In this document: piece by piece, positions 16,901 to 25,400 of the stretch
How the letters are laid out: the number at the start of each line of letters is the position of its first letter
Position numbering within the stretch: position 1 is the stretch's first letter
Source of the DNA: Candidatus Undinarchaeota archaeon
GTDB taxonomy: Archaea; SpSt-1190
Direction of reading: 5' to 3'
Assembly (NCBI GenBank): GCA_964549355.1
Contig: CAZJUS010000006.1
Location: 1 to 35,738, forward strand
Length of the DNA: 35,738 bases
Notes under the pieces: generated by a model
What the model was told of the DNA's origin: nothing
Seen by the model: the letters and a program-made list of their open reading frames with translations, nothing else
The model's database searches: none
Program-made: the position numbers and the translations under genes

Positions 16901-19626
16901 ATATTTCATTCACCGTTATCGGGTTTGATGCGGATTTTTCATTTGATTTCAGCCCTTTGATTTCCTCCGTCCCGGCTGGAATGAATACTACTGTCTGGGT
17001 GAATGTAACGATTGCTCCGGGAAAAAACCCCGGCAACTATACCGGTGTCCTGAACATCAACAGCTCAAACGCAGAAAATATCACACGCACAATGAAAGTC
17101 GAAGTGCCGGTTTCGCGCTCATGGCATATCCAGCCCAACAACTGCACTGCTGCCATGGTCCAGGATGAAGGTGAAATTTGCAACGTGACCATATACAACA
17201 CAGGCAATGTCCAGTTTGATGTGAATATTACTGAAAACTACATCAACCACACTTACGCCAATCAAACATTTTTCACTCTTCCAAAGCAGAGCGCCCGCCA
17301 GGTCACCTTCCGCTGGAACTTCACAGGAATCCAGAGGGATTTCTACAACATTTCGTACATATTCAATGCAACAACCGGCCCTGCCTCCCCTGACTGGGCA
17401 TACTTCAACATAACTCTCCTGCCCTCCCAGCCCCCGATCATTATCCTGAACCGCTCCTCCAATATAACAATGCAGGAAGACGGAATTGTGGTCATTTACG
17501 CCAATATAACTGATTTGTCGATGCAGGGGCTCTCCAGCGTAAGGATGAGGGTCTCAAAGCCCGGCGGTTTTGTGTCTGAACATCTCATGTCCTATGTGGA
17601 CAACACCAACAACTCATGGCTGTATTATGACAGCTTTCCCGGAGGATGGGGCAGCCTGAATGTGACAGGCGTATACACCTTTACTGTAATTGTAACAGAC
17701 ACCCTCGGCATATCCGGCCAAAATTCAACATCTGTTTATGTGTATCCAAAACTCAACGCTTCCGTCAGGACCGGTTTCAACCTTTATTTTACAGGCGAAT
17801 CCTCTTCAATTTACCTGACCACCAAGGATACCGCAGGGGTTAGTCTGCCTTCCAACATAAGCTTTACCATCCACGACCCCGATGGAAACCTAAGGCTGAA
17901 TTTCACAGGAGAGACGGGAGTGAATGGAACTTATGAACCTGTACCGTCTTTCATTTTCCCAAGCGATGCGCCTTTGGGTGATTATGTCCTTGAACTTTTT
18001 GCAGAGCATTATGACCCGGCATCCGGCAGGCTTGTGAATGACAGCCATACTTACACTCTGCCTGTAGTTGAAAAGTACGGCGGTGAATTCACAACGACAG
18101 TTGTCTGGTATCCTGATTCGGTCATGGATTTTTACATCATGCTTTATGCACAACGGGAAATTGAGGCTCCGGATTCAATGGAGCTGACAGTCTACGACCC
18201 GGCACAAAACATCTTCTTCACGGCGACTTCCGGCTTTGATACTGTAAGCGCCTCCAACCAAACCCTTCTGTACCGCTATGATTACGCGATGCCCATCAAC
18301 ACCAGCGCCGGCCACTATCTGGCGGATTTGAGCGTTTGGAAGGGGGGCAGGCTTTTCAAGTATATGGATTCCTTCAGGGTGTCAAAAGGAGGCCCCTACG
18401 ATGTTGTAATTCAGGATATCGACGCGGAAGTTCCACAGGGCGGAAAGGTCAACTTTACACTGCTGTTGATGAATATGGGCGACGTCAGCCAGGATGTGTA
18501 TGTTGATTTTTGGATAACGGACTCCGACGGCAAATTGTATGAGAATATCACAGACCAGCCGATTTATGTGGAGGCCGGGAAAAACAGAAGCGTCGAAAGG
18601 TACATGAACATCTACAGCGACCAGCCTTTGGGGGACTACACGCTCCACGTCAGGGTTGACTATTCGACTTTCCAGGCCCCCATTGAAACTTCAAGGAATT
18701 TCAAAGTCGTGGAGCCTGAGGAGGAAGAAGAACCCGTCGTGCCTCCCATCATAGCGCCCGTCGAGGCTGCAGTGATTGAACTGACTGTGGACAACAGATT
18801 CCCGGATGAGCTTTTCATGTCGAAGGGCTCTGTTGCGTATCTCACCATTGAAGTCGAGAACACCGGCAATGTCGATTTGTCGGACATCACAGTCTTCTTT
18901 GAAGGCGTGCCGACAAGCTGGTTTGAGGTCATCCGAAGCATACCCTACCTCGCCCCGCGGTCCAAGGGATACCTGATGGTCCGGTTTACTGTCCCGAGCG
19001 ATGCAGAGGCTCGGACCTATGTGATGAAGATGCGCGCGATTTCCACTGAGACTGAAACACAGGAATATTACAAGCTGACAGTCTTCAAGACCAATATTGC
19101 AGCCCTGCAGGCCCGCATAGACAACCTCAACAACCGCATCAGCCAGCTCGAAGAGAGGGCCGGCGAGCTTGCAGCTTCAGGCGCCGATGTGTCCCGGGCT
19201 CTGGCCCTGCTCCGCAAATCCCGAGAAATGATTTCGGCGGCGGAGACTTATCTGAGCGAGGACAAGACTGTGGATGCCATCAGCACCATATCAGATATTG
19301 AAAACACCTTGGAGGAGGTGGAATACCGCCTCTCAATAGCAAGCCCTGTAATATTCAGGCCGAAGCTCCCCCGCGTATCCCTGGAGCTGATTCTTGCAGT
19401 CTTGGCCACGGTGGTCGTAATAATAGCCCTGATTCTTCTGGCCCGCAGGCTGTCCCTTGAATTTTCGACCCAGCGCAAGAGGGCCATCCGGAAAGTCAGC
19501 AAGATTATGGGGGAGAAAAGGCAGATTGCCCCGACCTCCGATTTGGTCGAACTGCTCCGCAGGCAGTATGAGGAAGGCCTGGTTTCGAGGGAGACCTTCG
19601 ATGAGCTAAAGGGCTTTTTGAAGTAG
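13924..19626 (+). CDS. 1900-aa surface glycoprotein, single C-terminal TM
   Basis: Signal peptide; WWNASWNYR (DUF2341-like start); LYDDGSHGD..AGD..Y motif (~15304-15366); many Ig/CARDB-like modules (N.GN, G.Y); dense NxS/T sequons; helical bundle (~19096-19330); TM (~19381-19443); SHOCT-like tail LRRQYEEGLVSRETFDELK. Confidence 0.9.
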   Translation: MMDSRLRLVLVLSLFFILVPVQAVTMEWWNASWNYRYCVSINSSKYSRTDWPIELNINFTSLMGDGLTFNSNSTRVVEQNASTGTVIGEKYYQFDAAADYNPTTNAVGTVVFHLNGTQAYENRSFCIYYDTNESSFSAPTYDTGLNYSLNGEILNVNVTVEPGSGKGLRMWLDSHRGELTSGFYKVQDFNGNTLLDAADNERTFIYSQYSNSSANFSFEAEPFQLVYEGPMRLVFEQTANETYWNQSGNNTEGRMTFRYTFYWLNQWVKVEQIFNNTATYAINRSSTPAGALRFENFRAGFDFVVQGNNSDPGSWQWAAADLANYHVGIINKEESISEFSSQDRNMSAGAIGIELDQTEISPGATISEEAVVHFNSPQYIKGFPSSIQIRGLSERFVFAPVVGVQSYERWKVEVNASTDHLHYNRNETVFIYLNLTYDSGNLTKAVNATLFYPSGSETFPLYDDGSHGDESAGDLLYTNTYNLTNTSDIGVWNVSITAYGISDNVLNQSNTSFTVHSKLSSQVFIENPYGYASRRVNATLVLKNYRNDTAIVGADVNCSWDGQYGATIVDDGNGNYSINFTAPDHYGIYTLNCTSSKDGNWGEGLKTFTVIELNTSFSVALSTVPSGASWDNITQFQNQTLIVLANVTNLGNGTADNANFSFHPPDGWVSNSTFELLGFVDLFESKLLYFEVTAPTAVAPGNYSFNGTAVWTNPDLNVSNQTGYANFTVDPNPLMNVSEENISTVATPGQWTLLQNITVLSIGNYKLVNVTFNATGFQNMTFNFTPWNISELTEGLNQSVEVWVYVAADHERGTFNGTLFANESTGLSDSVALEIQLLETEISLDANPLFIPADNTGWFDFTNFTFQVNTSNIGSSTGFDVNISVEGPPEWITNYTDNVAHCGDMAPGENCSKPFEIAIRQAPPSLYNLVVNVSWYNPGIGVKYNTTQIQVNVSSNPKVNATPLNLSGVGNQGQSTNFTGFRLLGVGNEEVSDISFTVIGFDADFSFDFSPLISSVPAGMNTTVWVNVTIAPGKNPGNYTGVLNINSSNAENITRTMKVEVPVSRSWHIQPNNCTAAMVQDEGEICNVTIYNTGNVQFDVNITENYINHTYANQTFFTLPKQSARQVTFRWNFTGIQRDFYNISYIFNATTGPASPDWAYFNITLLPSQPPIIILNRSSNITMQEDGIVVIYANITDLSMQGLSSVRMRVSKPGGFVSEHLMSYVDNTNNSWLYYDSFPGGWGSLNVTGVYTFTVIVTDTLGISGQNSTSVYVYPKLNASVRTGFNLYFTGESSSIYLTTKDTAGVSLPSNISFTIHDPDGNLRLNFTGETGVNGTYEPVPSFIFPSDAPLGDYVLELFAEHYDPASGRLVNDSHTYTLPVVEKYGGEFTTTVVWYPDSVMDFYIMLYAQREIEAPDSMELTVYDPAQNIFFTATSGFDTVSASNQTLLYRYDYAMPINTSAGHYLADLSVWKGGRLFKYMDSFRVSKGGPYDVVIQDIDAEVPQGGKVNFTLLLMNMGDVSQDVYVDFWITDSDGKLYENITDQPIYVEAGKNRSVERYMNIYSDQPLGDYTLHVRVDYSTFQAPIETSRNFKVVEPEEEEEPVVPPIIAPVEAAVIELTVDNRFPDELFMSKGSVAYLTIEVENTGNVDLSDITVFFEGVPTSWFEVIRSIPYLAPRSKGYLMVRFTVPSDAEARTYVMKMRAISTETETQEYYKLTVFKTNIAALQARIDNLNNRISQLEERAGELAASGADVSRALALLRKSREMISAAETYLSEDKTVDAISTISDIENTLEEVEYRLSIASPVIFRPKLPRVSLELILAVLATVVVIIALILLARRLSLEFSTQRKRAIRKVSKIMGEKRQIAPTSDLVELLRRQYEEGLVSRETFDELKGFLK

Positions 19627-21741
19627 TCTTTTTTTCATCCGGAACTCTTTTGATTCTGGTTTCCCCCTCCCAATCCTCTGCCTGGGTTTGTCTTTCCTGC
19701 TGAGCCTTTTGACGGGCGTCCTTTTCAGCCCGTTCTTCCTGTCATCCTTGCTGAGCCTCCTGACCTCTTTCTTTTTCGGCTCTGCTTCTTCTGCTTTTTT
19801 CTCTTCCTTTTCCTCCTCTTCAGGCTTCGGTTCCGGGGCGGGCTCCGGCTTTGGAGCAGGTTTGGGCTCGGGCTCAGGCTTTGGAGCGGGTTTGGGTTCA
19901 GGCTCTGGTTCCTGTTCAGGCTTCTGTTCGGGTTGAGGTTCAGGCTCAGGCTCCGGCTCGGGGGCAGTCGGTTCCTCCTCCTGGTCAGGCATCTTCATTT
20001 CTTCCTTGGGCTCTTCTTTTTTGGGTTGTATAATTTCTTCTTCTTCAACTTCCTCAAGGCTTTCCAGCTCCTGCTTCTCCCTTTCAGCTTCCTGCTTCAA
20101 GGCTTCCTGGCGTTTTTTCTCAGCTTCCTCTTCGAGCCGCTTCTCCTCTTCCTTTATTTTTTTGAGCTCTTCCTTGGTCGGCTTCAGCTTTTTCTCTTTC
20201 TTTTTGCCCTGCTTCCCTTCTTTGGGCTTTTCGGGAGCCTCGGGGGCCTCCGCTTCAATAGTGACTAAAGGTTTTTCCGGAGTTTCTTCCTCCTCTTTCT
20301 TGAAGAGGGGTTCGGGCTCAGCATCGATACCTCTCTTTTTGCGGATGACATAGTCTATTTCCTGTATTTTTCTTTCAACACCAAGCTTCAGCTCTTCATA
20401 GCTCTTCTTGCTGATTTTGTTGTTCCGGCTGTCCGCCTCTATTGCAGAAAGCAACGCATTCATTTTTTCTTTTTCTTTCTCCAGGTCTGCAACGGATTTT
20501 TTGAGGTTTTCAAGCACCGCGACCCGCCTCCGGAGGTTCTCAAACACGACGGGGCTTATGCCTGCCGTCTCTTCGACAATGATATCCTTCAGGGACTCCA
20601 GCATTTTTTCAAGGTCCTTTTTCTTCACGACTTCTTCATCAAGCCTGAAAGTGAGTTTATCGATATTCTTTGAATTCTCCTTCAGCAGAGCATCCGCCGT
20701 TTCAATCTTGTCTACATTCTTCTTGATGAAGCCAAGTTTGTCATTCATTTCTAAGAACATGGCTTCAACTTTCCCTGCCAGCTTGTCGCTGTACTTGCGG
20801 TTGTCCTCAATAAGCTTGACCTGCTTTTCTACATCCCGGGCGGCAGTCATGATATTGTCGACGCTTTTTATTTTTTCGAACCTCTGCGTGATGTCGGCGA
20901 TTTTTTCATTGGCAGAAGACAGCATGTCGTTGAGCCTTTCAATTTCTGATTTGTTCCGTTCAAGGTTTGCATTGAATTTTTCGAATTTGGCCGTGATTTT
21001 TTGGGGGTCTGTTTCTTCAACGATTGCAGCGACCCGCTGGAAATCGCCTTCAAGTTGGCTGGCAGCCTTCTCCCTTTCAAAGACCATCCGGCGGGTGTCG
21101 CCGAGTTTTTCATTCAGATCCATAATCCGCTGGTTGAATGCATCCAGCATTCCGTGGAACATGTCGATTTTGCCTTCGAGCTTGTCTATGCGCACTACCA
21201 CATCGGAGATGGTCGGGAGCTTCTCTTGGCCGAGCATTGATTCGCGGTCGGGCTCGCTGACAAGGCCTTCCTCTTCAACAATTTCCCCTATGGTTTTTTC
21301 TCCCCCGCCTTCCCCTTCACCGGCCGGGGCTTCTGCTTCTTCCTTAGGAGTTTCCAGCTTATTTTCTCCCTTTGGAGCTTCCGGCTTTTCGGTTTCGGCC
21401 TTTTCCTCCTGCGGTTCTTTGGGAGCAGGTCCAGGACCGGCAGCTTCCGGAGCCGGCTCCGGTGCGGGTTTGGGCTGGGTTGCAACTTCCTGGGTTTCCT
21501 CCTGCATTGTTTTTTCTTCCTTTTTTTCCCGGCTTTTGACTGCCCTGGACTTCCTCGGCTTCCTTGGTTTGGCCTGCGGCTTCTTTCTCTGTCTGGCGGG
21601 CTTCTTCACAGCTTTGGCGGCAGGTTTCCTGCTCTTGGCAGGGGCTCTTTTATTCACGAGGCGGGCCGGCTTGGCCTTCTTCTTTTTATCCACAAGGCTC
21701 TTCATTTTTTCTTTCATGAGTCCGCTATTCGCCTTGGCCAT
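19606..21741 (-). CDS. 711-aa cytoplasmic coiled-coil protein with basic termini and Pro/Glu-rich linkers
   Basis: GGAGGTGA RBS before ATG 21741. Lys/Arg-rich N- and C-termini, long heptad core, PEPEPKPAPK repeats. No signal peptide or TM. Confidence 0.85.
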   Translation of the reverse strand: MAKANSGLMKEKMKSLVDKKKKAKPARLVNKRAPAKSRKPAAKAVKKPARQRKKPQAKPRKPRKSRAVKSREKKEEKTMQEETQEVATQPKPAPEPAPEAAGPGPAPKEPQEEKAETEKPEAPKGENKLETPKEEAEAPAGEGEGGGEKTIGEIVEEEGLVSEPDRESMLGQEKLPTISDVVVRIDKLEGKIDMFHGMLDAFNQRIMDLNEKLGDTRRMVFEREKAASQLEGDFQRVAAIVEETDPQKITAKFEKFNANLERNKSEIERLNDMLSSANEKIADITQRFEKIKSVDNIMTAARDVEKQVKLIEDNRKYSDKLAGKVEAMFLEMNDKLGFIKKNVDKIETADALLKENSKNIDKLTFRLDEEVVKKKDLEKMLESLKDIIVEETAGISPVVFENLRRRVAVLENLKKSVADLEKEKEKMNALLSAIEADSRNNKISKKSYEELKLGVERKIQEIDYVIRKKRGIDAEPEPLFKKEEEETPEKPLVTIEAEAPEAPEKPKEGKQGKKKEKKLKPTKEELKKIKEEEKRLEEEAEKKRQEALKQEAEREKQELESLEEVEEEEIIQPKKEEPKEEMKMPDQEEEPTAPEPEPEPEPQPEQKPEQEPEPEPKPAPKPEPEPKPAPKPEPAPEPKPEEEEKEEKKAEEAEPKKKEVRRLSKDDRKNGLKRTPVKRLSRKDKPRQRIGRGKPESKEFRMKKRLLQKAL
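19847..19906. repeat. Near-perfect 30-bp tandem duplication within the Pro/Glu linker
   Basis: GGCTTTGGAGCAGGTTTGGGCTCGGGCTCA followed by GGCTTTGGAGCGGGTTTGGGTTCAGGCTCT, encoding EPEPKPAPKP twice. Confidence 0.8.
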
Positions 21742-22498
21742 TTTGGTCACCTCCTTTTGCAACAACAGCTTCCTGCCTCATCCTCATCAGGTCCCGGGTG
21801 GAGCTCATCCTGAATTTTTTGGTCTCGTCCAAGGCTGCTTTCCTTTTTATGACAAACAGCCCGGAAAGCAAAACCAGGAAACTCAAGGGAATAAGCCCTG
21901 CCTTCAAGGGCACAGCAGATGCCTGCCCCCCCTCTTCATCTCCAGAGTTCAGCCCAAGTGGCGGCTCCCTCATGGCTACTTCAACATAGCGCCTGAGCGT
22001 CCCCAGCTCCTCTGAAACATCCTCATACTTTTCCTCGTCATAGAGCATGACTGCGTTGGCCCAGACCCCGCGCGCGATTGCAATGGCTTTGGTCCTTCCC
22101 GTCCTGCCCTCTATATTGTTCAGGGTCCGGTTGTAGTTTTCAAGCAGGGTCTTCAGTGAGAGGGGCGACTCGCTGACTCTGACACCCAATGTTTTTTCGA
22201 CACCGCCCACATTGATGACGACCGGGAAGTAGCCCGCCCCTCCTGCTTTTACTTCAACCCAGAATTCTTCACTGCCGTTTTTCGGTGCGACCAGCTGTTT
22301 TTGGCATGCCACCTTCAAATCAGATTTGCAGTGGACTGCAAGCGGGAGCTCCCGCAGTTGGCTGTTTTCAACAGTCATAGTAATGTTCCGGGTTTTTTCA
22401 GGCAGCATTATTATCTCATCGGGGCCGAAAACCGAGACCGCCCATGCAGAAGCTAAGGCAAAAGTCAGGGCCACCGCAAAGAGCATGCGTGTTTTCAT
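21725..22498 (-). CDS. 257-aa secreted single-pass membrane protein (Ig-like domain + helical bundle + TM)
   Basis: Signal peptide MKTRMLFAVALTFALASAWA, beta-rich domain, helical segment, TM LIPLSFLVLLSGLFVI followed by KRK. ATGA overlap with the giant gene. Confidence 0.85.
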   Translation of the reverse strand: MKTRMLFAVALTFALASAWAVSVFGPDEIIMLPEKTRNITMTVENSQLRELPLAVHCKSDLKVACQKQLVAPKNGSEEFWVEVKAGGAGYFPVVINVGGVEKTLGVRVSESPLSLKTLLENYNRTLNNIEGRTGRTKAIAIARGVWANAVMLYDEEKYEDVSEELGTLRRYVEVAMREPPLGLNSGDEEGGQASAVPLKAGLIPLSFLVLLSGLFVIKRKAALDETKKFRMSSTRDLMRMRQEAVVAKGGDQNGQGE

Positions 22499-25400
22499 TC
22501 CAGCTTCAACCTCCCTTTGAGCCCGTCCAGATAGATTTGTGCCATCCTGAAGGCGCCCGTCTTGAGTTTATCTTCAGCCAGCTTGAGCTCCAGCTCTATA
22601 TCGCTGGTGTCTTGGCCCTTCTCCTTCATGGCTGCAATCTTCTCACGTATCTTCCAGATTATATCGCCGAGCCTCTTATAAGTTACCAACTCCTCCTCCA
22701 GCAGCTTGTGGGGGCTGTGGATTAATGGGCGGAAGTGCACAAACCAAGGCTTACCTTTATTGTACCGCGGGTTCTGCACGAAGCCGACGCCGATTTCCTG
22801 CCTCAACAGCCTGGCTGCAAACTCATCGCCGTATTTCTTCCGGACCCTTTCTATGTCAGTGCCCTTCGAGTGCATCTGCACTTCAGTCAGGACGTTGCCC
22901 TTGACCGCTTCCTTGAAGTCCGACAAGACCTGCGAGATGACCATCAGGCCGAGGCCCCACTTTCGGAATTCCCTGGTCGCCTTCTCCAAAGCCACATACC
23001 CGCCGAGGCCTCCGTATTTTTCAAGCAGTCTGTGGACTTCGTCAAACACTAAGAGGGTCTTCAGGCCTGAAGCTTCCTCCCAAGGCTGTTCGAATATCCT
23101 GCTTATGATATTGCGGACGGTCTGGTCGAACTGCTTGGTGGTCAGCTTGTTGAGTGTGAATACTGTAATCTCGCCCGGCCTTATCCAGTTCCTGAAGTCT
23201 ATCCTCATGATGTCGTCCGGACTGCGGATTTCGAAAATCAGGCCCTTGAAGGACTGGGCGTCTTCCTTCTTCATGCCGAATTTGCTGTAGGCGCGGAACA
23301 TCTTTTCATCCTTGTTGGGCGCCAGGAAGCCGGTCCACTGGGCTGTCGGGTCGAAGACTATGATAGACATGTTCTTCTTGAGGGCCTCTTCTGCAATAAC
23401 CATTGCAGATACAGTCTTGCCTGAACCGGTGGCCCCTGCCACGATGGCGTGGGTGGTCAAGTCATCCAGGTCAAACAGCGCAGTCTTGTCGGTGCCTGCA
23501 ATTTTTCCAATCTTGACTGATGTGGGTCCTGCTTTCGGCAGCTCGTCCCAGCTGAGAGGCATTGAATACCTCTGCTTCTCTTTGCTCTTCTTTCGGATGG
23601 CGGCGCCATACCTGATTCCAAAGTAGATTCCCGGAGCTCCGAGGAGGAGTATTATCCAAGTCACCCACCATGTGAATATCCTCTTCAGGGCCTGGACAAT
23701 CGCAGGCACTATGGTGATATCGAAACTGTCAGTGCTCAGGGCAGTCTTGCGTCCGTACCAGTAGTCCGCCTTGACTTCAACGATGTACCTGCCGGGCTCG
23801 GCATTCTCCGGGATGTCAACTTCGCGCCTGAACTTGTTGAGGTCTTTGAAGGCCACAGTTTCGGAAGCCAGAGTGACCAGCACTTCCTGGCCTTCCAGAC
23901 TGATTATCGAGTAGTTCAGGACCACGTCGTCAACATCTTCCGTGGCTCCCATATTGATGAGGGTTACTTCAAATTTGAATTTTTCTCCTGGATGCACATT
24001 GGGAGTCAGGCTCTTCACCCTGACGTCCAGCAGAGACTCCTCAAGCAACTCGACTGCGGCGGTTGCAGCCAGTCGGTGTGTGAGATCTCCGACCTTGATG
24101 ACTATGTCCCCTGTATATACCCCCGGCGTGGTCTCCAGTCCGGGTTTTATGCTGACTTCTATGGTTTTAGTTGAACTTGCAGGAATGGTGAAAGTATCGT
24201 ACTGAAATTCAAGCATATCCCAGATTGGGCCTTCGGCTTCAATGGTCCCCGATACAGTTTCGTTTTGGTTGTTGATGATTTCAAGGGTGAATTTTTTGCT
24301 TTCCCCCGGGTATATGGTAAAGTCAATGATGGGTGCTTTGAATTCCAGCGGAACTTTGGCCTGCCCTCCGCCTGTGACCGCCCCCGGACTCGGCGCTATT
24401 CCTCCCCCGCCTCCGCCACCCCCTCCGCCGGCAGCTGCCTGGCCTCCACCGCCTCCGCCTCCTGCAGCACAGTCCTGCGGGCAGGTGGACACGCTTTCTC
24501 CATAGCTGGTTTCGCACACCTCGTCACCGCAGATATATTCCGCCAGTGTGTATGCACCGCCTATGCTGTCGAGGCTTGGAGTATAGATTAAAGATTCATT
24601 TATGGACCTGCCTGTGTTGTTCATCCGGGTCCAGGAATTGTTTACACAGCCGACATATCTCTGCCAGACCTCGCAGTGGTAGATGCCGAGATTTTGGATG
24701 GTGATGCCTGAATATCTGCTGTAGTCAAAGTACATCCTCCCGCTTGAGAATGAAAATGAAGTGGACGGATTGATGCCGATCAGCGAACCTGCACCTATCA
24801 TTTCGGCTGAGATTTTACCGAAGGTGACCGGGTTTTGGTAGTCGGTCTGGATGGGCGTGTTGAAGAGCTTCATGTACACCCCCCAGTCGGGCAGTCTGGA
24901 ATAAACATCATAGCTTCTGGCATCCACGATTTCGTCATATTCGCCCGATGCGTTTGCAGTTATGTTGAAAAGGGAAGCGGTTTCACCAGGCTCAAGCAAC
25001 TCTATGGTGAGATTGATGGGCGGTTTGTTCGGGTTCTCCTCATTCCGTGCGGTGCCGTTTATCCTTGCAATTGGAAATACAGTGAATGTGTCGCTGGCAT
25101 TGCCACAGTTCCCGCTGTTGTCGCAGGACACACCGACCACTGTGTAGACTCCTTCCAGGTATGTATCCGAAAATGAAAGCTCATACAAATACGAGTCCCC
25201 GGCCGTGCCTGTATGCGCGGGGGTGTACTCATGATTGGTGGCATCCGGGAACAGTATGCTCATGGTGGTGGTCGATACGCCTCCCGGGTCTGTAACATTG
25301 ACCTTGAGGGTTGCAGTCAGGTTGGCCCCTATCCTGTCCGGCAGGATAAGCTTCACGACAGGAGGTTCGGTGTCCACATAAACCACCGCCTTCTGCTCGC

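Noticed and set aside
19822..19960. Possible CRISPR array or TonB-like gene from the short repeats
   Set aside because: The repeats are in-frame Pro/Glu/Lys codons without spacers, and there is no TM anchor or TonB C-domain.
20408..22015. 535-aa plus-strand Ser/Phe/Leu-rich ORF
   Set aside because: Antisense mirror of the Glu/Lys-rich coiled-coil gene.
22495..23520. Canonical HerA DNA-repair helicase or conjugative-element VirB4
   Set aside because: No HAS-barrel N-terminus is evident, there are no nurA/mre11/rad50, relaxase or integrase neighbours in the window, and the domain is fused to a giant ectodomain.
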